Assembly (NCBI GenBank): GCA_040514115.1
Contig: JBEVDH010000044.1
Location: 285-64,284, forward strand
Reading direction: 5' to 3'
Origin: Comamonas sp.
GTDB taxonomy: Bacteria > Pseudomonadota > Gammaproteobacteria > Burkholderiales > Burkholderiaceae_C
Length of the DNA stretch: 64,000 bases
Both the position numbers and the translations under genes were made by a program. The notes beneath the pieces were generated by a model. That model searched no databases, was not told the origin of the DNA, and worked only from the letters and a program-made list of their open reading frames with translations. Positions within the stretch are counted from its first letter, which is position 1; every line of letters begins with the position of its first letter. Positions 20,802-32,340 of the stretch are shown here, piece after piece.

Positions 20802-22457
20802 ATGTTTGACGAAGCATTGTTTTGCCCGGCAAAATCGCGCAGACTCCAAACAAGATGGTGTTCAAAAATACCAGCACTCGTGCGCCTGCCACTTTTTTCA
20901 AGCATCACTGGTCTCGGCTACGTCATATTGTACAAAGAGAAAACGAGAGAATATCTTCTACACTGCTTTGACCCTGACACCGGGACACTCCAGTGGCAAA
21001 CCAAGTTGCCCAATGGCGGCTATGGAGCACATGCCATCGGCAACAGCACCATTGCCGTTCCCAGCAGATTCTCAGACATCACGGGCATCGACGCAAAAAC
21101 AGGAAAGATCAGCTGGATTCACAGAACTGACGCACGAGTCAGGTCACCCCTCAACTTCTCAAAGGGTAAATTTTCCTTTTCCAGCGGCCAAGATATCTAC
21201 CAGTTGACGGAAACGGGGCAGATGATCGGCAAGACATCGCTCGCCGGACATTTTTTCTTTGGATTGGTGAAATACTCAGATGACTCCATGCTCAGCTTGG
21301 CAACGTTTACCAACGAACGCGGCTACTCTGAGCTGGCAATCATTTCATTTTCCGATAGCGGCAAGCTGCTTTGGAAGACCGATTTGGGAGCTGGTCAGAT
21401 CATCAGTTCAGAAACATCAGGGTTTGTCGTTCACGACAATCATATATATTGTGCTGCTGGAAAATCCATACATTGCATTCGAGTCTTGGACGGCATCATT
21501 GCCTGGACCAGGCCGATGCCGGACATCGTCGGCCGGCAAATACCCACCCTTCACAACAATGGAATTTACATCGCCTCCACCAAGGGTCACGTGTATTGCT
21601 TGCACACAGAGGATGGTTCCCCGAAATGGACCTTCAAAGGATCGACAATTGCAACTACACCGGTCTCTATCCTTGGGGAACTGGCATGCGTATGCATGGA
21701 TGGGAACCTTGTCCTTCTCGATGCTGAAACTGGAAATCAATTCGACTTCATTCCGACCGGACATTCACCTTATAGCGCCTTGACATTCTGGAAAGACAAA
21801 GCCTACCTGGGTGGCGGGGATCCGCCTTATCACGGTCAGCTGTACTGCTTTGACTTGATAGACCGGCAAGCGGAGCCGGAATATTCATGCGCCGTGACGA
21901 CCCTGAGCGCCACGGAGCATCGTGACGCCATTCATGTTCAACTGGAAGTATCCAACACCCCGCACGCCATTTCAAGCGTCTTTCTTGATGCCTCAAGTAT
22001 TCCAGCCTTGAGTGAAAGCACCTTCCAATCATCATCCATCGAACGCTCGGGAAACTGCTTCACCTTCGCCATACCCATGAGAAGGAAAATAGTTCCAAAC
22101 ATTTACAATGTCAATTTTTCCATCAATTTATCGACCGGCGAGTCAATCAGCCGAAGTGGGAACATCTCCATCCGTCCCCATACCCGAAGGCCGAATCGCC
22201 ATATCATCCAGAAAATCCAACCCAGATTTCAAAAAACACCATTGAACAGCGGTGCAGCCGTCTTGCAGATGGTTCAGGAATATCACGGTCAACCTGTTGC
22301 CAAACAGGCAAATATCAGGGAAATGCTTGAATATATAATTGATCGATCCCATTACGAACCATTCAACATGTGGAGAATCGCGTTACGCCGCCTTGTATCA
22401 TCGAATGCATCATCAAAAGATGAATTACCAGAATACCAGTCCAGCCTCAAAAAATGA
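20802..22457 (+). CDS. PQQ-type beta-propeller protein with a C-terminal N-half C39-like segment
   Basis: Repeated blades (DPDTGTLQW, DAKTGKISW, SDSGKLLW, LDGIIAW, EDGSPKW); C-terminal RFQKTPLNSGAAVLQMVQEYHG; AAGGAG RBS; no obvious signal peptide. Confidence 0.8.
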   Translation: MFDEALFCPAKSRRLQTRWCSKIPALVRLPLFSSITGLGYVILYKEKTREYLLHCFDPDTGTLQWQTKLPNGGYGAHAIGNSTIAVPSRFSDITGIDAKTGKISWIHRTDARVRSPLNFSKGKFSFSSGQDIYQLTETGQMIGKTSLAGHFFFGLVKYSDDSMLSLATFTNERGYSELAIISFSDSGKLLWKTDLGAGQIISSETSGFVVHDNHIYCAAGKSIHCIRVLDGIIAWTRPMPDIVGRQIPTLHNNGIYIASTKGHVYCLHTEDGSPKWTFKGSTIATTPVSILGELACVCMDGNLVLLDAETGNQFDFIPTGHSPYSALTFWKDKAYLGGGDPPYHGQLYCFDLIDRQAEPEYSCAVTTLSATEHRDAIHVQLEVSNTPHAISSVFLDASSIPALSESTFQSSSIERSGNCFTFAIPMRRKIVPNIYNVNFSINLSTGESISRSGNISIRPHTRRPNRHIIQKIQPRFQKTPLNSGAAVLQMVQEYHGQPVAKQANIREMLEYIIDRSHYEPFNMWRIALRRLVSSNASSKDELPEYQSSLKK

Positions 22458-24091
22458 CAGAAAACGCCTATGCCTTCATAAAGCAGGTTACGCGATCAAC
22501 GAGCATTCGCTGGCGGCTGGCTTCTTCTGCGATTGTGAATGGCTGTCTCATCTCGGCGCTTCTAAGTCAACCATTTCTCATCAGCAGGCTCATCACTGAG
22601 ATAACAACCAATGAACATGCCGATGTACGGGCAAAAATTTTTCTGCTTGCATTTCTCACGGGGCTGGCTGCTGTGACAGCATATGCTGCGGCATGGATCA
22701 ACAACTCGGTATTGCAGGATATACGCCGCAATTCAAAATATGTGTTATATGAAAAAATCCTTCCGAGTCCGCCCGTGTTTTTCCAGCAGGTCAACGAAGG
22801 CTGGATCGAATCGGCAATTGCCACTGCATCCCAGGCTTCCCGAGGCATTGTCCATGAATGCCTGGGGGTGGTCATTCGTGCGCTTATCTTTATTTTTCTG
22901 ACCACCGCCTTGATTTTCTTGCACTACCCTCTTCACGGTCTGGTGTTTTTCATCACGGCGTCAATCTACCTCTATCTTGCATATCGTTTCGCAAGAAATT
23001 CCGCGGCAGGCATCAACTCTGCCGTGGCCGCGACCATCGTTGCGTCAAGGGAGGCCGCTGACATGTTTGCCAACGTGGACAGTATCCAGCAGTACGGCAT
23101 GGTGACGCATGAGGAAAGGCGGATCCTTGGATTCCTCGATGCCGAGAAGAAAATTTACCGCAGGGGACAGGGCCTATTGGATAGAAATGAATTTCTTCAG
23201 AAAATATATCTGACATCCATTTTCATTGTCTTCATTTTTTCAGTCACCATCATTGCTGATAAAAGACCACAGGACGCAATTCTGTTTTATATCATTGGCC
23301 TTATTTCCTACACACAGCTCGAACAGGTCGGAAAATCACTCAACAGCCTGCTGGAACAGGTACACAGATTGGAATCCATACTGGAGAATATCAATCTCCA
23401 CCGAAAAGAAAATCATGAAATGAAACCCCATGCAATGGATAACAAGTTTGCGATAAAAATAAAACTGGAAAATATATCTTTTGGATATGAGCCAGAAAAA
23501 CCAATTTTCAGCAATTTTTCCCTCTCCATAGATCCCGGTTCACGTCATATCATCTCCGGCCCGAGCGGTTCAGGCAAGTCCACGCTCATCCGTATCCTTG
23601 CAGGTCATATTCAACCGCAGTCTGGCCGTGTATTGATAAACGACCAAGACAGTTGCGCGCTGGCGCTGACCGAGAAAATCCGCATGCTGACTCTCATCCC
23701 GCAAAGCGCCAACCTGTTCAATCGTTCGCTCTATGAGAATGCAACCTATGGCGTGGAAAATGTCCCGTATCGCCACCTGGAAGAATTGCTTCTAGCGCTC
23801 AAGTTGGACCGGCTCAAGCGCGCTGGCCGGGACCAGTGGCTCGACGCGACCATCGACAAGAATGGGTTGAATCTGAGCGGCGGTGAAAAGCAACGGATCC
23901 AGCTGGCCAGAGCGATCTTGCATGCCCGGCCCATGCTTTTTCTTGACGAGGCGACCTCGGCGCTGGATTGTGAAACGGAAGCTGCGGTGCTCAAGGTATT
24001 GCACGAGCGCCTGCCGCATGCGGCCATCGTTGCCGTCAGCCATCACCCACATGGCGAACTCTCAGGCTACAAGGCGCTTGTGCTGAACTAG
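22454..24091 (+). CDS. ABC exporter, fused TMD-NBD half transporter
   Basis: N-terminal TM helices; GPSGSGKST, LSGGEKQR, FLDEATS; ATGA overlap with the upstream stop. Confidence 0.9.
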   Translation: MTENAYAFIKQVTRSTSIRWRLASSAIVNGCLISALLSQPFLISRLITEITTNEHADVRAKIFLLAFLTGLAAVTAYAAAWINNSVLQDIRRNSKYVLYEKILPSPPVFFQQVNEGWIESAIATASQASRGIVHECLGVVIRALIFIFLTTALIFLHYPLHGLVFFITASIYLYLAYRFARNSAAGINSAVAATIVASREAADMFANVDSIQQYGMVTHEERRILGFLDAEKKIYRRGQGLLDRNEFLQKIYLTSIFIVFIFSVTIIADKRPQDAILFYIIGLISYTQLEQVGKSLNSLLEQVHRLESILENINLHRKENHEMKPHAMDNKFAIKIKLENISFGYEPEKPIFSNFSLSIDPGSRHIISGPSGSGKSTLIRILAGHIQPQSGRVLINDQDSCALALTEKIRMLTLIPQSANLFNRSLYENATYGVENVPYRHLEELLLALKLDRLKRAGRDQWLDATIDKNGLNLSGGEKQRIQLARAILHARPMLFLDEATSALDCETEAAVLKVLHERLPHAAIVAVSHHPHGELSGYKALVLN

Positions 24092-24252
24092 GGACCCTCT
24101 GCATAAATCCCCGCGGTGCATGGCAGCGCGGACTCGGGCGGTCTGCGGCGTTGCGTTCCTTGCCAATAGCTACAGCTATTGGCAAGAAACGCGCCTAGCA
24201 TCCCATCCCGATCCGCACTGCCAGCCCTCGCGCTGATTTGTGCAGAGGATCC
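24092..24252. mobile_element. MITE, IS5-family-like, 161 bp
   Basis: 18-bp TIRs GGACCCTCTGCATAAATC / GATTTGTGCAGAGGATCC (2 mismatches), flanked by CTAG and CTGG; internal 18-bp stem at 24153-24192. Confidence 0.72.
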
Positions 24253-24287
24253 CTGGACATCGCGGTTCCGCTTGCCTGTGGCATGTC

Positions 24288-25811
24288 CTACATCGGCAGA
24301 CGCAGGTATCGGTAACCATTCCTCCAGAAGAACGCCTCGCGGTAGGGCGCATGTTCCGCCCGGTTCATCCATTCCAGCCACATGTCCAGATAGCGCCGCG
24401 TGCGCGTGACCACGTCGGGCATGTGCCAGTCCGAGCCATAGGCCATCTTCTCGAGCAGCTCGAAGCACCGTCCCTGGGCGCCAGCCGCCTGGCGTGCGCG
24501 CTGCAGGTTGGCGTCGAAAAGAGCCAGCCCATCGTCCCGCAGCAGCCCCGTCAGGTAGCCGACTTCGCAGTAGACATTCGGGTAGCCCGTGCAGAGTTCG
24601 GCGGCGATGCGCGCGAAGTTGTCCGCGTGCTGCCATTCCTCGTCCGAGCGCGCCAGCCAGCCGGCCGAATGCACGGCGCCGTTTTCCAGCCGGCCGCCGC
24701 CCGCGTGGCCCAGGCACAGGCGCAGCGTGCGCCAGCGCGGCTGCTCCAGCACCGCCTGCCAGTGGCGCGGATGGGCATAGGCGCCCAGGCGCAGCCGCGT
24801 CTGGAAGCCCACGGGGGTGCAATGCGCGAATATCGGCAGGTCGCGCGCGACGCAGAAGTCGAGGAAGGCGTCGACGCGCGCCTGGATCGTCGGCTCGTTG
24901 CCAATGGGCCGATAGCCCATGGCCGGATAGAATTTGAAACCCGCGAAGCCCTTGCCCAGCGCATGCAGCGCGCGCGCATGCCAGTCGGCACGGCGCGGAT
25001 CGAAGCTGCTGAAACCGAACACGCGCGCGGGATGCGCGCGCTGCAGCGCCTGCATGCGGTCCTCCTGCACCGGCTGCAGGGGATAGTACGGCGCTTCCTG
25101 CCCGGGAAAGGCCATCTGCATGTCGATCAGATAATGCACCGCCTGCAGCGGCGGCAGGCCCGGGCCGTATCCCTCGAACAGCTTTTGCAGCAGTTGCTCC
25201 TCCGAGTGCAGCAGGGTCAGGAAAAAGGACGGGTAATTGACCGCGTCGCCCCAGGCATGGGGGTCCATCAGGCGCGTCACGACCCACAGTGCCTTGCGCA
25301 CCACGCGCTCGGCCCAGCGCAGGAAGTCGGGAAAATTGGCGACCTCGGTGCGCGGCGCGGCGGGCGCGAACGGCGCCTGCGGCTGGCGCGGCCCGGGCCA
25401 GCCCTCTCCGGCGTAATCGATCTGCTCGAGGCTCAGCAGGATGTCCATGAGCTGCGAGGCGCGCAGGCGGTCGAAGATCGGCGCGTCGAGCGGCTGGTCG
25501 GACTGCGCCAGCATGCCGCCCTCGACCGCTTCACGCGAGCCAGTGTTGAGCAACACTTCGTACTCGACCATGCGCCACAGATGCTCCAGGCATTCGAGCT
25601 CCAGCGTATCGCCCACCGATTGCGAGAACACGGCCTCGACGGGCACATCCGCATAGGCCGAGCCGGTGAGTGCCTGCAGCAGCCGCGCCACCTCGCGTGC
25701 CAGCGGGCTGGTGTCGCGGCCCATCGCATGGGCAATGACGCTGGCCAGCGGCAAATAGCGCGCGTTGAACAGATGGGTGTGCAAATCCAGGATACGCGTC
25801 GGCAACTGCAT
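24288..25811 (-). CDS. Amidohydrolase-superfamily (Amidohydro_2-like) protein
   Basis: LDLHTHLF, GFKFYPAMGY, AHCT, LGHAGG, YGSDW; ATG after GGGAGGA. Confidence 0.85.
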   Translation of the reverse strand: MQLPTRILDLHTHLFNARYLPLASVIAHAMGRDTSPLAREVARLLQALTGSAYADVPVEAVFSQSVGDTLELECLEHLWRMVEYEVLLNTGSREAVEGGMLAQSDQPLDAPIFDRLRASQLMDILLSLEQIDYAGEGWPGPRQPQAPFAPAAPRTEVANFPDFLRWAERVVRKALWVVTRLMDPHAWGDAVNYPSFFLTLLHSEEQLLQKLFEGYGPGLPPLQAVHYLIDMQMAFPGQEAPYYPLQPVQEDRMQALQRAHPARVFGFSSFDPRRADWHARALHALGKGFAGFKFYPAMGYRPIGNEPTIQARVDAFLDFCVARDLPIFAHCTPVGFQTRLRLGAYAHPRHWQAVLEQPRWRTLRLCLGHAGGGRLENGAVHSAGWLARSDEEWQHADNFARIAAELCTGYPNVYCEVGYLTGLLRDDGLALFDANLQRARQAAGAQGRCFELLEKMAYGSDWHMPDVVTRTRRYLDMWLEWMNRAEHAPYREAFFWRNGYRYLRLPM

Positions 25812-25846
25812 CAAATCCTCCCTCTTTTGCCGCCATTACAACGAAT

Positions 25847-25875
25847 AAAAGGCCCATGCATCCAATGCATGGGCC
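25847..25875 (-). terminator. Terminator after the acyl-CoA ligase
   Basis: GGCCCATGCAT-CCA-ATGCATGGGCC with a T-run on the minus strand. Confidence 0.65.
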
Positions 25876-25904
25876 CCTTGTCCGGATATTGCGGCCGGCG
25901 AACC

Positions 25905-27494
25905 TCAGTGCGGCTGGCGCAGCAGGTGCTTCTGGATCTTGCCGCTCGTGGTCTTGGGCAGCGCGTCGACAAAATGGTAGCGGCGCGGGCGCTTGTAAGC
26001 CGCGAGGCGGTCGCCCTGCACCAGGAAAGCGTCGAGCTGGGCGGCGTCGGCGTCCTGCACCGCGCCCTTGCGCACCACATGCGCCACCACGACCTGGCCC
26101 CAGCGCGCATCGGCCTCGCCGACCACGGCCACTTCAAGCACGCCGGGGTGCTCGACCAGCGCATCCTCGACCTCGCGCGGATAGACGTTTTCCGCGCCCG
26201 AATTGATCATGTAGTCCATGCGGTCGCGGATCCACAGGTAGCCGTCGGCGTCCAGATGCCCCAGGTCGCCGGTGTGGTACCAGCCGTGCGCCAGCGCGCG
26301 CGCGTTGGCGTCGGGGCGCTGCAGGTAGCCGGCCATCATGCAGGGCCCGCGCACCAGGATCTCGCCGACCTCGCCCACGGCGCAGCGCGCGGCCGGATCG
26401 CTCGGGCGGCCATCGGCCGGCACCTGCGCGACGATCAGGTCGTGGCTCAACGCCGGCAGCCCGGCCGAGCCGGCATGCGACAGCTGTTCGTGCGGATAGA
26501 GCACCGACATGCACGGCCCCATCTCGGTCGTGCCAAACACCTGCACCAGCCCCGAGCCGACCTGGCGCGTCCATTCGCGGATCAGGTGCGGCGCCATCGA
26601 CGCGCCGCCGTATTCGACCAGGCGCAGGCTGCGCGTGTCGCGCGTGGCCAGCGACGGCTCGTTGAGCAGCATCGACACCATGGTCGGCGCGGCAAAGAAG
26701 AAGCTCACCTTTTCCTGCTCGACCAGCCGCCAGGCCTCGGCCGCGTCGAAGCGCCGCTGCAGCACCAGCGTCGCGCCCACCTGCAGCCGCGGCAGGAAGC
26801 TGGTGTGCAGCTCGGCCGTATGGTTGAGCGGCGCCATCGACAGGCCCACGTCCTCGCGGCGCAGCTGCATCACCTGGTGCATCAGCGCGTTGTGCGCGAG
26901 CTTGCTGCGGTGGGTGTGCAGCACGCCCTTGGGGCGGCCCGTGGTGCCGCTGGTGTACATCAGGATGCAGGGGTCCATTTCATCGACGCGGGCCTCGGGC
27001 GCATGGTCCGATTGACCGGCGGCCAGGGCGCTCAACCGCGCGCTGGCACCTGCGGGCGGGACATCGCTGTGGCCTTCGTCGGCATAGATCCAGTGCGCCG
27101 GGCGGACGCCGTCATCGGCCAGCAGCGCCTGGGTGCGCGCCACGACGTCGGCGACCTCGCGCTCGAACACCAGCGCGCGTGCCTGGCCGTCCTGCAGGAT
27201 GAAAGCCAGCTCCTGCGGCGCGAGCCGGTAGTTGATGGGATTGAACACCGCGCCGATGCGCGCCGCGGCCAGGAGCAGGAAGACGAATGCCGGCGTGTTG
27301 TAGAGGAACGCCGCCACCACATCGCCGCGCGCGATGCCCAGCGCGCGCAGGCCATGGGCGTGGCGATTGACTTCGGCGTCGAGCTGCGCGTAGCTCCAGG
27401 CGCGGCGCTGGCCGCCCTCCCAGGCCACGAGGGCCTCCTTGCGCGGCAGGTAGCGCGCCGGCCATGAGAGGGTGTCGCCGAGGGTGAGTTGCAT
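25905..27494 (-). CDS. Long-chain fatty acid/acyl-CoA ligase (AMP-binding)
   Basis: YTSGTTGRPKG, FGTTE, WYHTGDLG, LPKTTSGKIQK. Confidence 0.92.
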   Translation of the reverse strand: MQLTLGDTLSWPARYLPRKEALVAWEGGQRRAWSYAQLDAEVNRHAHGLRALGIARGDVVAAFLYNTPAFVFLLLAAARIGAVFNPINYRLAPQELAFILQDGQARALVFEREVADVVARTQALLADDGVRPAHWIYADEGHSDVPPAGASARLSALAAGQSDHAPEARVDEMDPCILMYTSGTTGRPKGVLHTHRSKLAHNALMHQVMQLRREDVGLSMAPLNHTAELHTSFLPRLQVGATLVLQRRFDAAEAWRLVEQEKVSFFFAAPTMVSMLLNEPSLATRDTRSLRLVEYGGASMAPHLIREWTRQVGSGLVQVFGTTEMGPCMSVLYPHEQLSHAGSAGLPALSHDLIVAQVPADGRPSDPAARCAVGEVGEILVRGPCMMAGYLQRPDANARALAHGWYHTGDLGHLDADGYLWIRDRMDYMINSGAENVYPREVEDALVEHPGVLEVAVVGEADARWGQVVVAHVVRKGAVQDADAAQLDAFLVQGDRLAAYKRPRRYHFVDALPKTTSGKIQKHLLRQPH

Positions 27495-27610
27495 GCAGAA
27501 ATCTCCGAGTTCACGAATCTTGGCGCGCAGTGTAGGCTTTGCCTTATCGCCATCGGCAATTTGCATATGGCGCCGCGCTGCGCCGCCCGCCTGCCTCAAC
27601 AGAGACCGCC

Positions 27611-28774
27611 ATGACCACCGCGTCCCACACCGCACCCCACTTCGCACGTGCCGCGCCCGGCGCACTGCTGCACACGCCGCTGCACTCGCTGCACCTGGAG
27701 CTGGGCGCGCGCATGGTGGAGTTCGCGGGCTATCACCTGCCGGTGCAGTTCCCGCAGGGGCTGCTGGCCGAGCACCTGCACACGCGCGCCGCCGCCAGCC
27801 TGTTCGATGTCTCGCACATGGGCCAGCTGCGGCTGGTCGGCCCCGACAGCGCGCTCGCGCTCGAGTCGCTCATGCCGATGGACCTGGAGGATCTGGCCGT
27901 CGACCGCCAGCGCTACGGCTTGCTGCTCAATGAAGCCGCGGGCATTCTCGACGACCTGATGCTGGTGCGCCGCGGCAGCGATTTCCTGCTGGTGGTCAAC
28001 GGCGCCTGCAAGCACGACGATCTCGCGCACCTGCAGGCGTGGATCGGCGGGCGCTGCGAGATCACGCCGCTGGCCGAGCACGCATTGCTGGCGCTGCAGG
28101 GACCGCTGGCGGTGGATGTGCTCCGGCGGCTCGTGCCTGGCGTCGAACAGCTGCTGTTCATGGACGGCGCGGCCTTTGTCTGGGAGGGCAGCGAGCTCTA
28201 CATCACGCGCAGCGGCTATACCGGTGAGGATGGCTTCGAGATCTCGCTGCCGGGCGTGCTGGCCGAGGCCTTTGCGCGCGCGCTGCTGCACCACCCCGAG
28301 GCCGCGCCCGCGGGTCTGGGGGCGCGCAATTCCCTGCGCCTGGAAGCCGGGCTGTGCCTGTACGGCAACGAACTCGATGAAAGCACGACACCTGCCGAGG
28401 CCGGCCTGCTCTGGGCGGTGCAAAAGGCGCGGCGCGCGGGCGGCCAGCGCGCGGGCGGATTCCCGGGCGCGGCGCGGCTGCTCGCGCAGATCCAGAATCC
28501 GGCGCTGCGCGAGCGCCAGCGCGTGGGACTGCGCGCGCTCGAACGCGTGCCGGTGCGCGAGCCCGCGGCGCTGCAGGACGCGAGTGGCCGGCAGGTGGGC
28601 CGCGTCACGAGCGGCCTGCTGTCCCCCAGCCTGGGTGAGCCCATTGCGCAGGCCTATGTCGAACCCGCGAGCGCCGCGCCCGGCACGCAGCTGCAGGCGC
28701 AGGTCCGTGGGCGGCTTGTGCCGATGGAAGTCGTGGCGCTGCCTTTCATGCCCGGCCGCTATTGGCGCGGGTGA
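27611..28774 (+). CDS. gcvT: Glycine cleavage system T protein
   Basis: LFDVSHMGQ, RSGYTGEDGFEI, GLGARNSLRLEAG. Confidence 0.95.
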   Translation: MTTASHTAPHFARAAPGALLHTPLHSLHLELGARMVEFAGYHLPVQFPQGLLAEHLHTRAAASLFDVSHMGQLRLVGPDSALALESLMPMDLEDLAVDRQRYGLLLNEAAGILDDLMLVRRGSDFLLVVNGACKHDDLAHLQAWIGGRCEITPLAEHALLALQGPLAVDVLRRLVPGVEQLLFMDGAAFVWEGSELYITRSGYTGEDGFEISLPGVLAEAFARALLHHPEAAPAGLGARNSLRLEAGLCLYGNELDESTTPAEAGLLWAVQKARRAGGQRAGGFPGAARLLAQIQNPALRERQRVGLRALERVPVREPAALQDASGRQVGRVTSGLLSPSLGEPIAQAYVEPASAAPGTQLQAQVRGRLVPMEVVALPFMPGRYWRG

Positions 28775-28862
28775 ACGGCGGCGTCTGGCTTCAAGGGCCC
28801 CGCCAACGGGCTACAGTGCGGTCTGGGTGCTTTGCGCTTTTCTTTTTTTCTCTGGAGTTTTC

Positions 28863-29237
28863 ATGAGCGTTCAATTTTCCAAAGACCACGAGTGGATCAA
28901 CGCCGCCGACGCGGCCGCGGCCGTGGTGGGCATCACCGTGCATGCGCAGGATGCGCTGGGCGATGTGGTGTTTGTCGAGCTGCCCGAAGTCGGCAAGACC
29001 TTTGCCCAGGGCGAGGTGGCAGGCGTGGTCGAATCGGTCAAGGCCGCGGCCGACATCTATATGCCGGTGAGCGGCGAGATCGTCGAGGTCAACGAAGCGC
29101 TGCGCGACGACCCGTCGCTGGCCAACTCCGACCCGCTGGCGGCGGGCTGGTTCTTCAAGATCAAGATCAGCGAGCCGTCCCAGCTGGACGGCCTGCTTGA
29201 CGAGGCGGCCTACACCGCCTTTGCACAAAGCGCCTGA
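28863..29237 (+). CDS. gcvH: Glycine cleavage system H protein
   Basis: FSKDHEWI...VESVKAAAD lipoyl-lysine motif. Confidence 0.95.
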   Translation: MSVQFSKDHEWINAADAAAAVVGITVHAQDALGDVVFVELPEVGKTFAQGEVAGVVESVKAAADIYMPVSGEIVEVNEALRDDPSLANSDPLAAGWFFKIKISEPSQLDGLLDEAAYTAFAQSA

Positions 29238-29332
29238 GGCCACGGGCCGGCGCCTGGCACGGGACGTGCCAACCGGGTTTCGCGCCCGGGTGATTGCTTC
29301 AGACCCCTGATTTTTTTTCTGAAGGTCCTGCC

Positions 29333-32236
<2,904 letters not shown>

Positions 32237-32340
32237 GCGCCGCGTCGGTCCACTGCGGGCATGGCTTGTGGCGTCCGGGCCGTGCGCTTAAACTCGCGGC
32301 GTCTGCGCAACCATGCCGTACGGCCAATGCACCACCTTCC

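Larger units (their letters stand above)
19860..24091. other. Low-GC, probably horizontally acquired three-gene islet
   Basis: Abrupt shift to A/T-rich codons (roughly half GC by eye versus about two-thirds in the flanks); lies between the lysP terminator and a MITE; no integrase. Confidence 0.8.

Noticed and set aside
19608-24256. Islet as an integrative element or composite transposon
   Set aside because: No integrase, tRNA, flanking direct repeats or left-hand TIR found; only the right-side MITE is evident.
24240-27467. 1075-aa plus-strand ORF, and similar long antisense ORFs such as 29210..32203, 8955..11471 and 49667..51640
   Set aside because: Shadow frames opposite well-supported genes; Arg/Ala/Gly-rich with no motifs, as expected in high-GC DNA.
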